Part shown: one piece after another, positions 26,226-39,934 of the stretch
How positions within the stretch are numbered: the stretch's first letter is position 1
Layout: every line of letters begins with the position of its first letter
From: Octopus vulgaris
Taxonomy: Eukaryota
Length of the DNA stretch: 64,000 nucleotides
Assembly: GCA_951406725.2 (NCBI GenBank)
Contig: OX597824.1
Span: forward strand, 28,706,001 to 28,770,000
Direction of reading: 5' to 3'
Notes under the pieces: generated by a model
Databases searched by the model: none
What the model was told of the DNA's origin: nothing
Seen by the model: only the letters and a program-made list of their open reading frames with translations
Made by a program: the position numbers and the translations under genes

Positions 26226-27233
26226 AATATTCTTGTATTCATTTAAACAAAATTTATCTCGCTCTCTAACTCTGTTATTTATATAAATGTGCCCGAGTGT
26301 TTGATTCGATAATTGCATAAATTCTTCTGACATTTTCTATATGAGGTTTGTGATAACATGCGCAAATAAGCGTGAGCAAACGGGAAGAGAAAGAGAGACA
26401 GAGACAGAGAGAGGAACTGAATGGAGATTGTGAGAGAATAACAAGTCAGATAGATTGCATATGAGAGAGCGGTGGTGGAGCGTGATGAAAAAGAAAAGAG
26501 AGCTGAGTGATCAACAAATGGACGACAGATCTGTATATAGAAAAGGCGAGTAATTCTATTCTCATTCAACAACAGCGTTATTGACTATCATAATGAAGTC
26601 AGCCCTGACTGCCTGCTAAACGAGGACTGTTTGATTAGATGTCCCAAATGAAGACTTACATATACAATTAAATCTACCCCGAAGGCAGAATTTGAAGATG
26701 TCTTGAAGAGTGCACTGATTAAAATCCTTGTTGAACAATGAGAAAATACCCTTCTTAACATTCGCGCCTTACAGCATTATCATTGGCTTTCATTGGACAA
26801 AGGTAATCGCTAATACAATGGCATTTTCAACGTGCTTACAACGTAACGTATGATGCATCGACTGCATATTGATGCCGCCATCTTGAGATTAGCGACTCCA
26901 TTTTTTTAATTTTTATTTTATTTTATTTTTTGTTAACCCTCTTCTCCATTACACTGCTTTCGACTCTAGCAACGCATTTCCGTTTACGCTATACGAGCGA
27001 ATAAATAAACAAGGCAATAAAGTGAATAAATAAATAAATAAATAAATAAGTAAATAAATAAATAAATAAACGAACAAACATATAAATAAACAAATAAAGT
27101 CTAGTGTGTGTTCTGGAGTGCCAGAGAAAAGATTTGGAGTGGGAACAGGTTAAATTAGAAATATGGAGAGCATCACATATCATCTGTGTTCTGTGTAATA
27201 ATGTTGTTTGTAATTTTGCTAATTGTTCACTTG

Positions 27234-27234
<1 letters not shown>

Positions 27235-27270
<36 letters not shown>

Positions 27271-27323
27271 TATTATTATTATTATTATTATTATTGTTAT
27301 TATTATTATTATTATTATCATCA

Positions 27324-27369
<46 letters not shown>

Positions 27370-27391
27370 CATCATTATTATTATTTTATCA

Positions 27392-27458
<67 letters not shown>

Positions 27459-27716
27459 CATCATCATCATTATTATTATTATTATCATCATTATTATCAT
27501 TATTATTATTATCATCATTATTATTATTATTATCATCATTATTATCATTATTATTATCATTATTATTATTATTATCATCATCATCATCATCATTATTATT
27601 ATTATTATCATCATCATCATCATTATTATTATTATTATTATCATCATCATCATCATCATTATTATTATTATCATTATTATTATTATTATCATTATTATTA
27701 TTATTATTATTATTAA
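27235..27716. repeat. (ATT)n/(ATC)n compound microsatellite
   Basis: Direct reading. Confidence 0.95.
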
Positions 27717-28069
27717 TGGTGATACATTTATACGTTTGTTTTCAAAATGAATTTGTGTCGAAGGGATTATAGAGCACGCGTTGAAGAACAGATTAAATAG
27801 TTGGGATTTAGTACTGCTTGCAAAGAACAGAATTAGAGGTTTTGTGTTTAGTTAAATATCAAAATAGTATTATTGATGTTTTTGTAACTGAGCAGACATT
27901 TCGGAGTGTGGAAATACACACGACAAAGGGGGAAAATTTAAGACAGAATGGCGACCGGAAGACACCGGAAATTAATACAACTGCTGGCAAAATACATGAG
28001 ATTGAGTGCAATGTTGCCGGGTAGTGGGTAGAGGGTTGCAGTAAGGTTAGTGCTACTAAAGTCATTATT

Positions 28070-28678
28070 GTCGGTGGTGGTGGTGGTGTAAGCGTTGGTT
28101 ATGACGGCGGCGATTGCGATGCACGCAGTGGTGGTGGTGGTGGTGGTATTGATGGTGATTTTGGTGGATTGGAGAGTTGGTTTTCATTTAATGGTCATGT
28201 TGAAGGTGGTGTTGCTACGCTCTCTGGTGGTTGTGATGGTGGTGATTGTGGTGGCGGTGTGGCGGTCATTCTAGTTGAGGGAACATGGTGATATTGGCGG
28301 TGGTGATGTTGCTGGTGCAGGTAGCGACGGAGGTGATGATGGAGGTCGTAGTGATGATGATGGGTAACATTAGTCATGTTTATCGTACTAGTCATTATCG
28401 TGATGGTAGTGGTAGTGGTAGTGGTGGGTGGTGGTGGTGGTGGTGGTGATGTTGGTGGTGGTAGTGGTGATGGTGGTAATGGTGCTAATGATAGAACTGG
28501 TGGTGGTTGCGGTGATGATGATATTGATAATAGTGTTGGTGGTGGTGATGGTGGTGGTGGTGGTAGTGGTGATGGTGGTAATGATGATAATGATAGAGCT
28601 GGTGGTGGTGGTGATGAATTTGATAATAGTGTTGGTGTTGGTGTTGGTAGAGGTGGTGGTGGTGGTGGTGGTGGTGGT

Positions 28679-28723
<45 letters not shown>

Positions 28724-29540
28724 GGCGTCGCCGGTGGTCGCCGTGGTCGTGGTCGTGGTCGTGGTCGTGGTGTGGTGTTTGGGGAATGGTATTGGCGGCA
28801 GTGCCGGTGGTGGTGGTGGTAGCTGCTCTGATTGTTTATTAGATTTATCATCAGAACTTGCTTTAGCAAATGGGAAACAGAGAAATGTGTGACAAAAGCA
28901 AAAACAACAAAAACGCTATGCCTAACAAACACAAAAAGAAAGAAAAGAACATATATAATTATGTTGAATTCTTCGAAATATTTAAATAACAATACCAGCT
29001 GTGGATAGCTTAGTATAGATGATGATGATGATGACGATGATGATGATGATGATGATGATGATGGTGAGGAGGAGGGGAACTATGATTTTGAGGAGTAGGA
29101 GGGGGACTATGATATTGAAGAGTATGAGGCAAAGGAGGTGAGTGATGATAGTGATGATGATGATGATGATGATGACGACGAAGACGATGACGATGATGAT
29201 GATGAGAATGAGGATGACGGTGATCATGGAGATGGTCAGGATGATGATGATGATGAGGAGGAGGAGGAGGAAGAGGTAGAGGAAGAAAGGAAGAATGTAG
29301 TCGATGATGATGATGATGATGATGATTGTGGGTGGGTATTGATGATGATGGTGGTGGTGGTGGTATTAGTGGTGGTGATGATGCTGATATGATGTTAGTG
29401 ATGATAATGATGATGCTAGTGGTAGTGGTAGCGGTGGTGGTGGTGATGATGATGATGGTGATAACAACGCACGCGATGACGACGACATCGACAATGATGA
29501 TAATTATCATAATGATAATGATGATCATGACAATGACGAC
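28070..29540. repeat. (GGT/GGC)n and (GAT/GAG)n low-complexity blocks
   Basis: Direct reading; includes short internal duplications (28445-28540 vs 28545-28640). Confidence 0.9.
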
Positions 29541-29652
29541 GAGAAAAGAGAAAGGCATTGTTTGAACTAGTAGGGGAGAAATAAAGAATCAGAGAAAGGA
29601 CGAGAGAAAACAAAAGGGAAGAGAGAGGAAACAGTAGAGTGTAGAGTTGCAT

Positions 29653-29702
<50 letters not shown>

Positions 29703-30224
29703 TATAATAATCTTATATATATATTTAATTTATTTAATTTATAAAATTTTTTTATATATTGGATTAAGTCTTTCTTTGTTTGATTTGCATAATAGTGGTT
29801 TTGTCTCTAATTAATATTATATATATATATATATATATGTATGTATATATATTGGAGAGAGAGAGACAGATACATGAGATAAATAGATAGATGGACGGAC
29901 AGGTAGATAGACAAACGCATACAAAGATAGAAAGATAGATACATAGATAGATAGATAGATAGATTTGATTGAAAGCAAGGGAAGAGATGGCTATAACACG
30001 TACATATGATCTATAAAACGAATACCATTGATATTGTCCGGTAATTAAAATTTTGTTTATGCTCGGACGAAGTGTATATCTCATGTACATATATGTTATG
30101 TTTCCGTATGCACATTGCACATGCATGATGACATTTTAAAAGCGGGAGTGAGTGGATTTGTCCGCATAACGAGTAGAGAGTTAGATGTTGTTATGCCACT
30201 ACGTGTTTGATAGAAAAGAAACAG

Positions 30225-30440
30225 TCTTTTCTAGCCTAGGCACTTGGCCCGAAATTTTTGGGGAGGAGTCCAGTCGATAAGATCGATCCCAGTACGAAAC
30301 TGGTAGTTAATTTATCGACCTCCGAAAAGATGAAAGGTAAAGTCGGTCTCAGCGGAATTTGAACTCAGAACGTAAAGACAGACACAATACCTCTAAGTAG
30401 TTCGCCCAGCGTGCTAACGTTTCTGCCAGCTCGCCGCCTT
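30225..30440 (-). mobile_element. SINE family E monomer
   Basis: Head tctgccagctcgccgcctt at right; 3' end tttctagcctaggcacttggccc at left. Confidence 0.88.
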
Positions 30441-30590
30441 TAAGGGAAGCAACATATTACTGAGCAAAGGGATCTACTATATCCGTTACAGAGCATGGCT
30501 AAAAGCATGTACAAAGTTAAATGTATGTGAATGTTTGTGCAATGCTTTTATTTTTGTTGGTTGTATCTATCTACTTCATCTATCTGTCAA

Positions 30591-30629
<39 letters not shown>

Positions 30630-30714
30630 CCTGCCTGAGGTTACTCTGGTCTTTTCTGTAGGCTTCTGTAAAAAAATAAACCTTGTTTTTTTACATTTAT
30701 GATATTTTCTGTGA

Positions 30715-31045
30715 TACACTATCCCTTTTGATCGCTTTTTTTTAAACACGATCCCTTTTGATCGCTTTTTTTTAAACACGATCCCTTTTGATCGCTTTTT
30801 TTTTTAACACGATCCCTTTTGATCGGAAATTTATTTCCTCCTCCGTTTTGCCTCTTTTCAAAAAGAAAAACTCTACATTGTATTTTGTCTTCTCTGTGTT
30901 CGGCCCTGTGTGGCTAATAAAGAAACTTGTCTATCGCTTTTTTAAATGTACGATCCCTTTTGATCGCTTTTTTTTAAACACGATCCCTTTTGATCGGAAA
31001 TTTATTTCCTCCTCCGTTTTGCCTCTTTTCAAAAGAAAAAAACTC
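30715..31045. repeat. ~30 bp minisatellite (acgatcccttttgatcgctttttttaaac) in two duplicated blocks
   Basis: About 4 units at 30715-30825, 2-3 at 30930-30995; shared ~45 bp 3' flank duplicated. Confidence 0.9.
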
Positions 31046-31185
31046 TCCAGTCTCTCTTTCGATCTATATACATATAAATGTGTGTGTTGGGGGTATATGT
31101 GTATGTAAACCAATGATGGACATATCTACATGTTAACTACATATTTTACAAGTAGCAGTCAAATCCCCCTCAAATTACCTCCCAC

Positions 31186-31256
<71 letters not shown>

Positions 31257-31309
31257 TATATCTATGTATGTATATGTATGTATGTATATGAAAGGTCATT
31301 ATTTCGATA

Positions 31310-31560
31310 TGCGGTAATGCTTTGTGTTCTTGAACAACACACTTCATTTCAAGTTGCTCCAGTCCACTTAACTGGCGAAAGCGAGTGGTACCTGTATTTC
31401 AAAGGGTCAGCTTGTTCCATGCTGTGTCACGCTGAATCTCCCCGAAAATTGTGTTATGGGTACGCGTGCATGTGGAGTGCTCAGACACTTGCACGTTAAT
31501 TTCGCGAGTTAGCTGTTCGGATCAAATAGAACGCACGTCGTCGCAATCGACGGAGCGCCA
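31310..31560 (+). mobile_element. headless SINE with family A core and family B 3' module
   Basis: gtgttcttgaacaacacacttcatttcaagttgctccagtcc joined to cacgctgaatctcccc..tggagtgctcag..gacggagcgcc. Confidence 0.75.
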
Positions 31561-32281
31561 ATAGATATGTATGTTCGTGAGTATGTGTACGTACGTGTGT
31601 GTGTGTACTTTTGTGTGCGCGTATGTGTAATATGCAACTGTATATATGTTTACTATATCTGGGGCTGTATATGATTCGTGGTGTGTGTGGGTGCCTCTGT
31701 ACGCATATGTGTATGTGTGTATAGGTATCCTCGTGAGTATGAATGACTGTCTCTAATTCATTCTTTCTCTCTCCTATTCTCTTTCCATTTCTCCTTTCTC
31801 TTTCTCTCTCTGCTTCTCCGACCGTGTGAATATATCTGTGTGTTTGTGACATCAGTGTCGAAATTACGCAGACACAAATTAAACTGCCAAAATGACAAAC
31901 AGCCGCCTCCAGTAGTTTTGGTGCCGAGATCGGAACGCCAAGTTAAGTCATTATCTTGTCTTTCAAGGGCCTGGTTCGTGTCCCCTAACACACTGCAGCT
32001 CCTTTGAGTCCCTTCAAATGTCAGTTTCAGAGGCTCCCTTCATTACGCTAATAATGCCTTAACTAACGCCACAATGCAAAGGAGACCAATATATTTCATT
32101 GGACAAGATGGCGTACATATCATGCGATGCTCAGTGAGCGTCAACCATTGATCAAGAATGGCGGGAAATGACATATTGAAGGAGAGGACAAGTTTAATAC
32201 AATGTAAAGAAATATATAGATTAATTTATATTAAAAAAATACAGATAAGTACGCGCACATATACACAATCACACATATGGA

Positions 32282-32330
<49 letters not shown>

Positions 32331-32457
32331 AAATTATATGTAAAGTTATAGGTATATTTATATATTTCAAACATATATGTATATACATATATATACATAT
32401 ATATATATACATATATATATATACATTTATATATATATATACATATATATATATACA

Positions 32458-32507
<50 letters not shown>

Positions 32508-32538
32508 CATACATATATAGGTATATGTAGATAGAGAT

Positions 32539-32600
<62 letters not shown>

Positions 32601-33097
32601 CAGACAAACAGATAGATAATTCAATTTATTATATGTAGAATTTCTTAGACTGGAAGACATGTATGACTTTATTTTCATGTGTTTATATGCAAGCATGTAT
32701 GTGTGTGTGTATGTGTGTGGAGAAAGACAGCGGGAGAGGGAGAGACGGGAGAGAGAGGGCGGGCGAGAAATCTGAGACAAATTCCATCTTAAATCGAAAT
32801 TTAGAAAGAGAGAATTATTATACGTAAATTATAGAAGCATTTATTGTTGAAAGCAGACACATTTAGACAGACAGACAGGCGAGTGGTCAAAGAGACAGGC
32901 AGATAGGCAGGCATGTATTTAGGGCATTGATGTAATTCATAGTTAGATTTATACCTAAATATAATGATATATATATGTATATATATATATATATTGTATC
33001 AATCTATATACATATATATATATATATATATATACATATACATATGTACACTTAGATAAGCACACACAGTTACACACACGCACGCACACACGGACGC

Positions 33098-33151
<54 letters not shown>

Positions 33152-33574
33152 GCATACGTCTAATATAATAAATGCGAAAACTAATTTCTGTGTGTTAGTG
33201 TGTCACACTTAGACATCCTTCACTCACTATTCAATGCCATTTCTACTATTCCTCATGATGGGGTGAGAGTAATGGTAGGCATAGAGACGATGAAGGCCGT
33301 GGTGAAGACAGACTGAGAAGGAGAGAGAAAAAGAAAAAGAGAGGGAGAGAAGAGAGGGAGAGAAAGAGAGATAAAGAAATTTAGGGAGAGTTGATGATGT
33401 TTTATTAAAAGTTGTAGTGCTGATGGTAGCAGTGGGAGTAAGAGTGAGTATATCACTCTTACTCGAGAGAGTAAGAGTGAGTATATCAGAGAGAGAGGGA
33501 GATGATGTACAACTTTGTTTAACTATGTCACTTTGACAGAAATTCCTGTCGTCAACATACTGATACCACAGACA

Positions 33575-33952
33575 TGTAGTGGAGGCGCAATGGCCCAGTG
33601 GTTAGGGCATAGGATCGCGGTTTCGATTCCCAGACCGGGCGTTGTGAGTGTTTATTGAGCGAAAACACCTAAAAGCTCCACGAGGCTCCGGCAGGGGATG
33701 GTGGTGATTCCTGCTGTACTCTTTCACCACAACTTTCTCTCACTCTTACTTCCTGTTTCTCTTGTACCTGTATTTCAAGGGGCCGGCCTTGTCACTCTCT
33801 GTATCACGCTGAATATCCCCGAGAACTACGTTAAGGGTGCACGTGTCTGTGGAGTGCTCAGCCACTTACACGTTAAATTCACGAGCAGGCTGTTCCGTTG
33901 ATTCGGATCAACCGGAACCCTCATCGTTGTAACCGACGGAGTACTTCCATCC
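33575..33952 (+). mobile_element. tRNA-derived SINE family B with 10 bp TSD
   Basis: ggaggcgcaatggcccagtgg A box, ggtttcgattccc B box; TSD accacagaca at 33565 and 33953. Confidence 0.9.
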
Positions 33953-34057
33953 ACCACAGACACACAGACACACACGTATATACAATACACTTTAATTGAA
34001 ATAAAGTTTCCCCAAAGTTAAACATATAAAATATAATAAATGTGCGTCAACTTTAAT

Positions 34058-34643
34058 AATCCTTTCTACTGAAAGCACAAAGCCTCACATTTTGAAGGAA
34101 GAAATTAAGTTAATTACATCGAGCCCACTACATAACTGGTACTAATTTTATCGGCCCGAAAGGATGAAAGTCAAAGCCGACCTCGGTAGAATTCGAACTC
34201 AAAACTTAATGGTAGGCGAAATAACTATTTCTTTACTGCCCACAAGGAAGCTAAACACAGAGGGGACAAAGAAGGACAGACACACGGATTAGGTTGATTA
34301 TATCGACCCCAGTGCATAACTGGTACTTATTTAATCGACCCCGAAAGGATGAAAGACAAAGTCGACCTCGGAGGAATTTGAACTCAGAGTGTAGCGGCAG
34401 ACGAAATACTTATTCCTTTACTGCCCACAAAGGGCTAAACACAGAGAGGACAAACAAGGACAGACAAACGGATTAAGTCGATTACATCGTCCCCAGTGCG
34501 TAACTGGTAATTATTTAATTGACCCAGAAAGGATGAAAGGCAAAGTTGACCTCGGCGCAATTTGAACTCAGAGCGTAACGACAGGCGAAATGCTGCTAAG
34601 CATTTCGCCCGGAGTGCTAACGTTTCTACCATCTCGCAGACTT
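34058..34643 (-). mobile_element. SINE family E trimer
   Basis: Three bodies and one head; aatataataaatgtg repeated at 34030 and 34649. Confidence 0.88.
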
Positions 34644-34779
34644 AATAGAATATAATAAATGTGAATGTAAGTATGTCAGTGTGTCACACTTTTTCCACTT
34701 AACCCTTAGAAGCTGTATCTCAACATATCATACCATTTTGGAATCAGGCTGTCTCCTTGAGTAAATTAAAAAAAACTCC

Positions 34780-35201
34780 GGAGCGAATCCGAACCCACAA
34801 TCCTGAAATTTTGGATTCCTAAGCTTTCATTACTATGATTGTTTTCGGCGATCTTTTTTACGTGGCTTTTGCGAAAAATATTTTGTATGATAATTTTTAT
34901 AATCTAAAGGCCAACTCCGTGAATAAATTAAGAACAAAATGTGCCGAATCCGGACCAGCAATCCTGAAATTTAGGATTCCTATGTTTTCATTACTGCGAT
35001 TATTTTCGGTGATTTTTCACGCGATTTTTTGGCGACGAATATGATTGTCATTGGGATATGACTCTGGATGGAGCAGTTGCAACAAATTCTCCTAAACAAG
35101 TCAAACATCTGTTTGCAGATCTTCCAATTCAGGGTCAATTGCCTAAAAGCTATATACTAACTTAAAAGCCGTCTTTGGGGAGGCTTTTAAGCTAGTATAT
35201 A
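34780..35201. repeat. ~90 bp direct duplication plus terminal 20 bp-arm hairpin containing CTAG (Helitron-like end?)
   Basis: caatcctgaaatt..ggattcct..tttcattact at ~34798 and ~34959; arms 35151-35170 / 35182-35201. Confidence 0.5.
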
Positions 35202-35687
35202 TATACACGTACGTATTAATATTTACGTGTATGTGTGTGCATGTGTATACATTTATATGTGAGTGTATTCATATGTATGTATATGTATGTAGATAGATAA
35301 TCGTATAGGCAGGCAAACACATACATATATGCCTGCCTACATACATATATACATACATGCTCTCATACTTTCAAATGTATATACATACACAGGACTATAC
35401 ATCAGTGAAAACTGCACCAAAGTTGACATTTTCCGTAAGCTAGTAATTTATTTATATTTGCACTCTAAATATTTGTCACACCTGGTTATAATAAAAAGTC
35501 GACATGTCGACCTGTAAATAAAAAGCTATCAAGGAAACACGCGCTGCTTCTGATCTCAGTCTCGAAGAGGGACTGTAGAGCTATGGAAAACTTTTCTAAA
35601 ATTCAAAGTGTAATAATTCCTTGTTGCTCTTATCTGATTCCTCGCAAAGAATGCAAAGTATTTAAAAATGAAAGAGATAGAGAGATG

Positions 35688-35736
<49 letters not shown>

Positions 35737-35899
35737 GCAGAGAGAGAGACAGACAGATAGATACATACTTATATACATACATACATACATACATAAATAC
35801 ATACATACATACATATATACGTACATATATACATACATAATATATACATACATACATAGATGGATAGATGGATAGATACAAACATACATACAGGAATAC

Positions 35900-35947
<48 letters not shown>

Positions 35948-36123
35948 GGGATATACAGGTAGATTTACATGCGACAAACACTCGTCTCTATTTATCTATC
36001 CATCTATCTATCACTCTTTCTGTATATGTGTGTGTGTGAGTGGGAATGCATACATACACACAGAAACACACGCTCACACAGATGCATACATACATACATA
36101 CATACATACATACACACATACAT

Positions 36124-36606
<483 letters not shown>

Positions 36607-36711
36607 TACACATATATTAGAATTTTCTCTGACTTCTCAGATTTTTTGAATGCTTGACTACTGGTTTTAAATTGATATTAAAATTAATATTAATTTATCT
36701 CCCTCATTACT

Positions 36712-36797
<86 letters not shown>

Positions 36798-37223
36798 GAG
36801 GGAGAAATATAGAAAGAGAGAGAAATGTACAGATGTATGCATATATCAGGCACACTCATTCATATAGGAGAAAAGCAGACAGTGAAACATACTGACAGAC
36901 AGAGATGTAGAGAGTACAACGGAAAAGGCGGTCGTAGACATAAACTAAAAACTATTTTACAATCGGTATCTCCTGAGATATTGTTTTTGAAAAAATGCAA
37001 TACACGAGAGTACCTGCAGAAGTCGTGATCTATAATATCATAAGAACATAACTGAATATACCATTATATATACATATATATATATTTCAGTTGTAGAATT
37101 AATTATCTTGTTATGGATAATTCGGTTAACCGATACCTGGGTAGCAAATTCACATCAGAGAAGACACATATGAAGTTACGTGCTTTCGTGTGGAAATTTG
37201 TATGTTTTTTGGGGTTTTTTTTT

Positions 37224-37366
37224 AAATATAAATATATGAAAGAATGGAGTTGAACGAAGAATTAACAAAATTCCTTTATTTTCGAAAATAAAGGAATTTT
37301 GTCAAAAATAAAGGAATTTTGTTAATTCGTCATTCAACTCCATTCTTTCATATATTTATATTTTTT
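37224..37366. repeat. fold-back palindrome of a Penelope-like terminal sequence
   Basis: aaatatatgaaagaatggagttgaa..aattaacaaaattcctttattttc mirrored; ~20 bp centre duplicated; related to 42581-42640. Confidence 0.8.
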
Positions 37367-37371
37367 AAAAA

Positions 37372-37449
<78 letters not shown>

Positions 37450-37464
37450 ATATATACAATATAT

Positions 37465-37514
<50 letters not shown>

Positions 37515-37619
37515 ATGAATATCAATGTATAGACATATAAATAGAAGCGTATACATGTCTGTATGTATATATCCATTTATCTATCTGTCTATCTATATAT
37601 CTATCTATCTATATACATA

Positions 37620-37850
37620 ACATTGCTATCACTAGTGATCAATCCAAACAGCACGGTGTTGACTGGATGTTTGATATTTATCCCTCTCGTTATAAATCCC
37701 CAGATTACACTGTCCTTAGATTGATATCCAAACACTCTGAAATGTTCGTATTGGAGCTTCAGGTGCGAATACCAAGCAGTACAGCATGTCGTTTTCAAAT
37801 TTCTGGCTGTGTGAATTGCATCATGGTACCGCTTTTCTCACAGACCTACT
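37620..37850 (-). mobile_element. maT-like transposon fragment, same family as 24895-25722
   Basis: Minus-strand IKHPVNTVLFGLITSDSNV; nucleotide match to 24960-25170. Confidence 0.8.
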
Positions 37851-38000
37851 ATACAGCGTAGTCGATGAAATCAAGAACTATGAGTGCGCATGCACGAAAT
37901 AAAAAGGGAATATAAAAAGTGCCGACAATTTACCCAAAACACCATGTGTGTGTATATATATATACACACACGCTGCCCTAACCACTAGGGCATTGCGCCT

Positions 38001-38088
<88 letters not shown>

Positions 38089-38219
38089 ATATATATTGTA
38101 TAGAGGGCATTATTACACATAAATGCCTCACACTAAGAGGGACAAAGTCATTACTACTAAAATTACACTAATCATACCTAATGCAGTTCTTCAAAGCAAG
38201 ACATTTAAAAAATGAATTT

Positions 38220-38276
38220 AGTTCTGTATCACCGTGATTTCACATTTAACTTACGTCTATGATCATCAGCAGAACT
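38220..38276 (-). ncRNA. type I hammerhead ribozyme motif
   Basis: Exact reverse complement of 38737-38793. Confidence 0.85.
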
Positions 38277-38736
38277 GATTCTGAACACATCATAAATAAA
38301 CCACCAACCTTACCTAGCGAAGACGAACAGAAACATCTATTCACTCTGGCCAAGCACATGGAATGTTTATAAATCATATATTCGATAAATGGCGGGCTTT
38401 TTCGAACTGCATGTCGGTTAAGAAAAGTATTTCGGAATAAATTTAACAATTAAGGATAACTTCTTAATAAGGAATCTTAACAAGAAATTATCAGGTAGTT
38501 AGCGTGAAAAACCTCATAAGAGAAAAGAATTCGAAAATAATTTTTTTCTTTTGAACAAATTAATTATATTTATATTGTATAGAGGGCATTATTACACATA
38601 AATGCCTCACACTATGAGCCCGCCATTTACCGATTATATGATTTATAAACATTCCATGTGCTTGGCCAGAGTGAATAGATGTCTGTTTGTCTTCGCTAGG
38701 TAAGATTGGTGGTTTATTTATGACGTGTTCAGAATC

Positions 38737-38793
38737 AGTTCTGCTGATGATCATAGACGTAAGTTAAATGTGAAATCACGGTGATACAGAACT
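38737..38793 (+). ncRNA. type I hammerhead ribozyme motif
   Basis: AGUUCUG-CUGAUGA-ucauagacguaaguuaaaugu-GAAA-UCAC-G-GUGA-UA|CAGAACU; perfect 7 bp stem I; predicted cleavage after 38786. Confidence 0.85.
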
Positions 38794-39046
38794 AAATTCA
38801 TTTTTTAAATGTCTTGCTTTGAAGAACTGCATTAGGTATGATTAGTGTAATTTTGGTAGTAATGACTTTGTCCCTCTTAGTGTGAGGCATTTATGTGTAA
38901 TAATGCCCTCTATAAAATATAAATATAATTAATTTGTTCAAAAGAAAAAAATTATTTTCGAATTCTTTTCTTTTATGAGGTTTTTCACGCTAACTACCTG
39001 ATAATTCCTTCTTAAGATTCCTTAAGAAGTTATCCTTAATTGTTAA

Positions 39047-39098
<52 letters not shown>

Positions 39099-39108
39099 TT
39101 AACAATAT

Positions 39109-39270
<162 letters not shown>

Positions 39271-39279
39271 TTATATTTA

Positions 39280-39328
<49 letters not shown>

Positions 39329-39852
39329 GTGTATATGTATGTAGATAAATGGATACGTATATGGATAGGTATATATGCAGATAGATAGGAACATACAACG
39401 ACTCTCGATACGCCTACACGGATATAAATGTACTTTCGCACCATGCCATGGGAATGAATTTTGAGTAACCGTTAACATAATTTAATTTACTTTAAGATAT
39501 GGATGACTTAAATTTACTTTTAATCTCCCCATTCTAACAAACACCAAGTAGATAGATAACTCGTTTTGTGATCATGAGTGCACCAAACCTCACATATTTG
39601 CACATGCTTGTATGAGCGAGTCTACTCGTGCCATGCTGCTTGCCCGAGGTCGTTTATACATCAATGATTGTTAACAGTTAAGTTTAATACTTTTTTCGCT
39701 GGATTGCGTGTTCGTCTCGTTTTTGCTATCTGTGATTTTATTTTTGATCTTCTATATAAATGTAGATATTTCCTCCGTCTCGTTGTTTTTCTCACTACAA
39801 AGTTACATTGCGGAACAGTTATTTTAACGAGTTGTATTTATTTATCACCCAA

Positions 39853-39900
<48 letters not shown>

Positions 39901-39934
39901 ACAAACACACATACATATATATATATATATATAC

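Larger units (their letters stand above)
38096..39051. mobile_element. Penelope-like pseudo-LTR in inverted/partial tandem arrangement within (TA)n
   Basis: A(38096-38398)-x-B(38437-38574)-A'(38575-38612), then rc(A)+rc(B) (38615-39051); long TA tracts on both sides. Confidence 0.85.

Noticed and set aside
27948-28031. ATGGCG start with ETS-like ccggaa motifs
   Set aside because: ORF of only 27 codons; the motifs alone are insufficient to call a promoter or exon.
39600-39645. gcgagtctactcgt hairpin after cttgtatga
   Set aside because: Lacks CUGANGA and GAAA; cannot be assigned to a ribozyme or SECIS.
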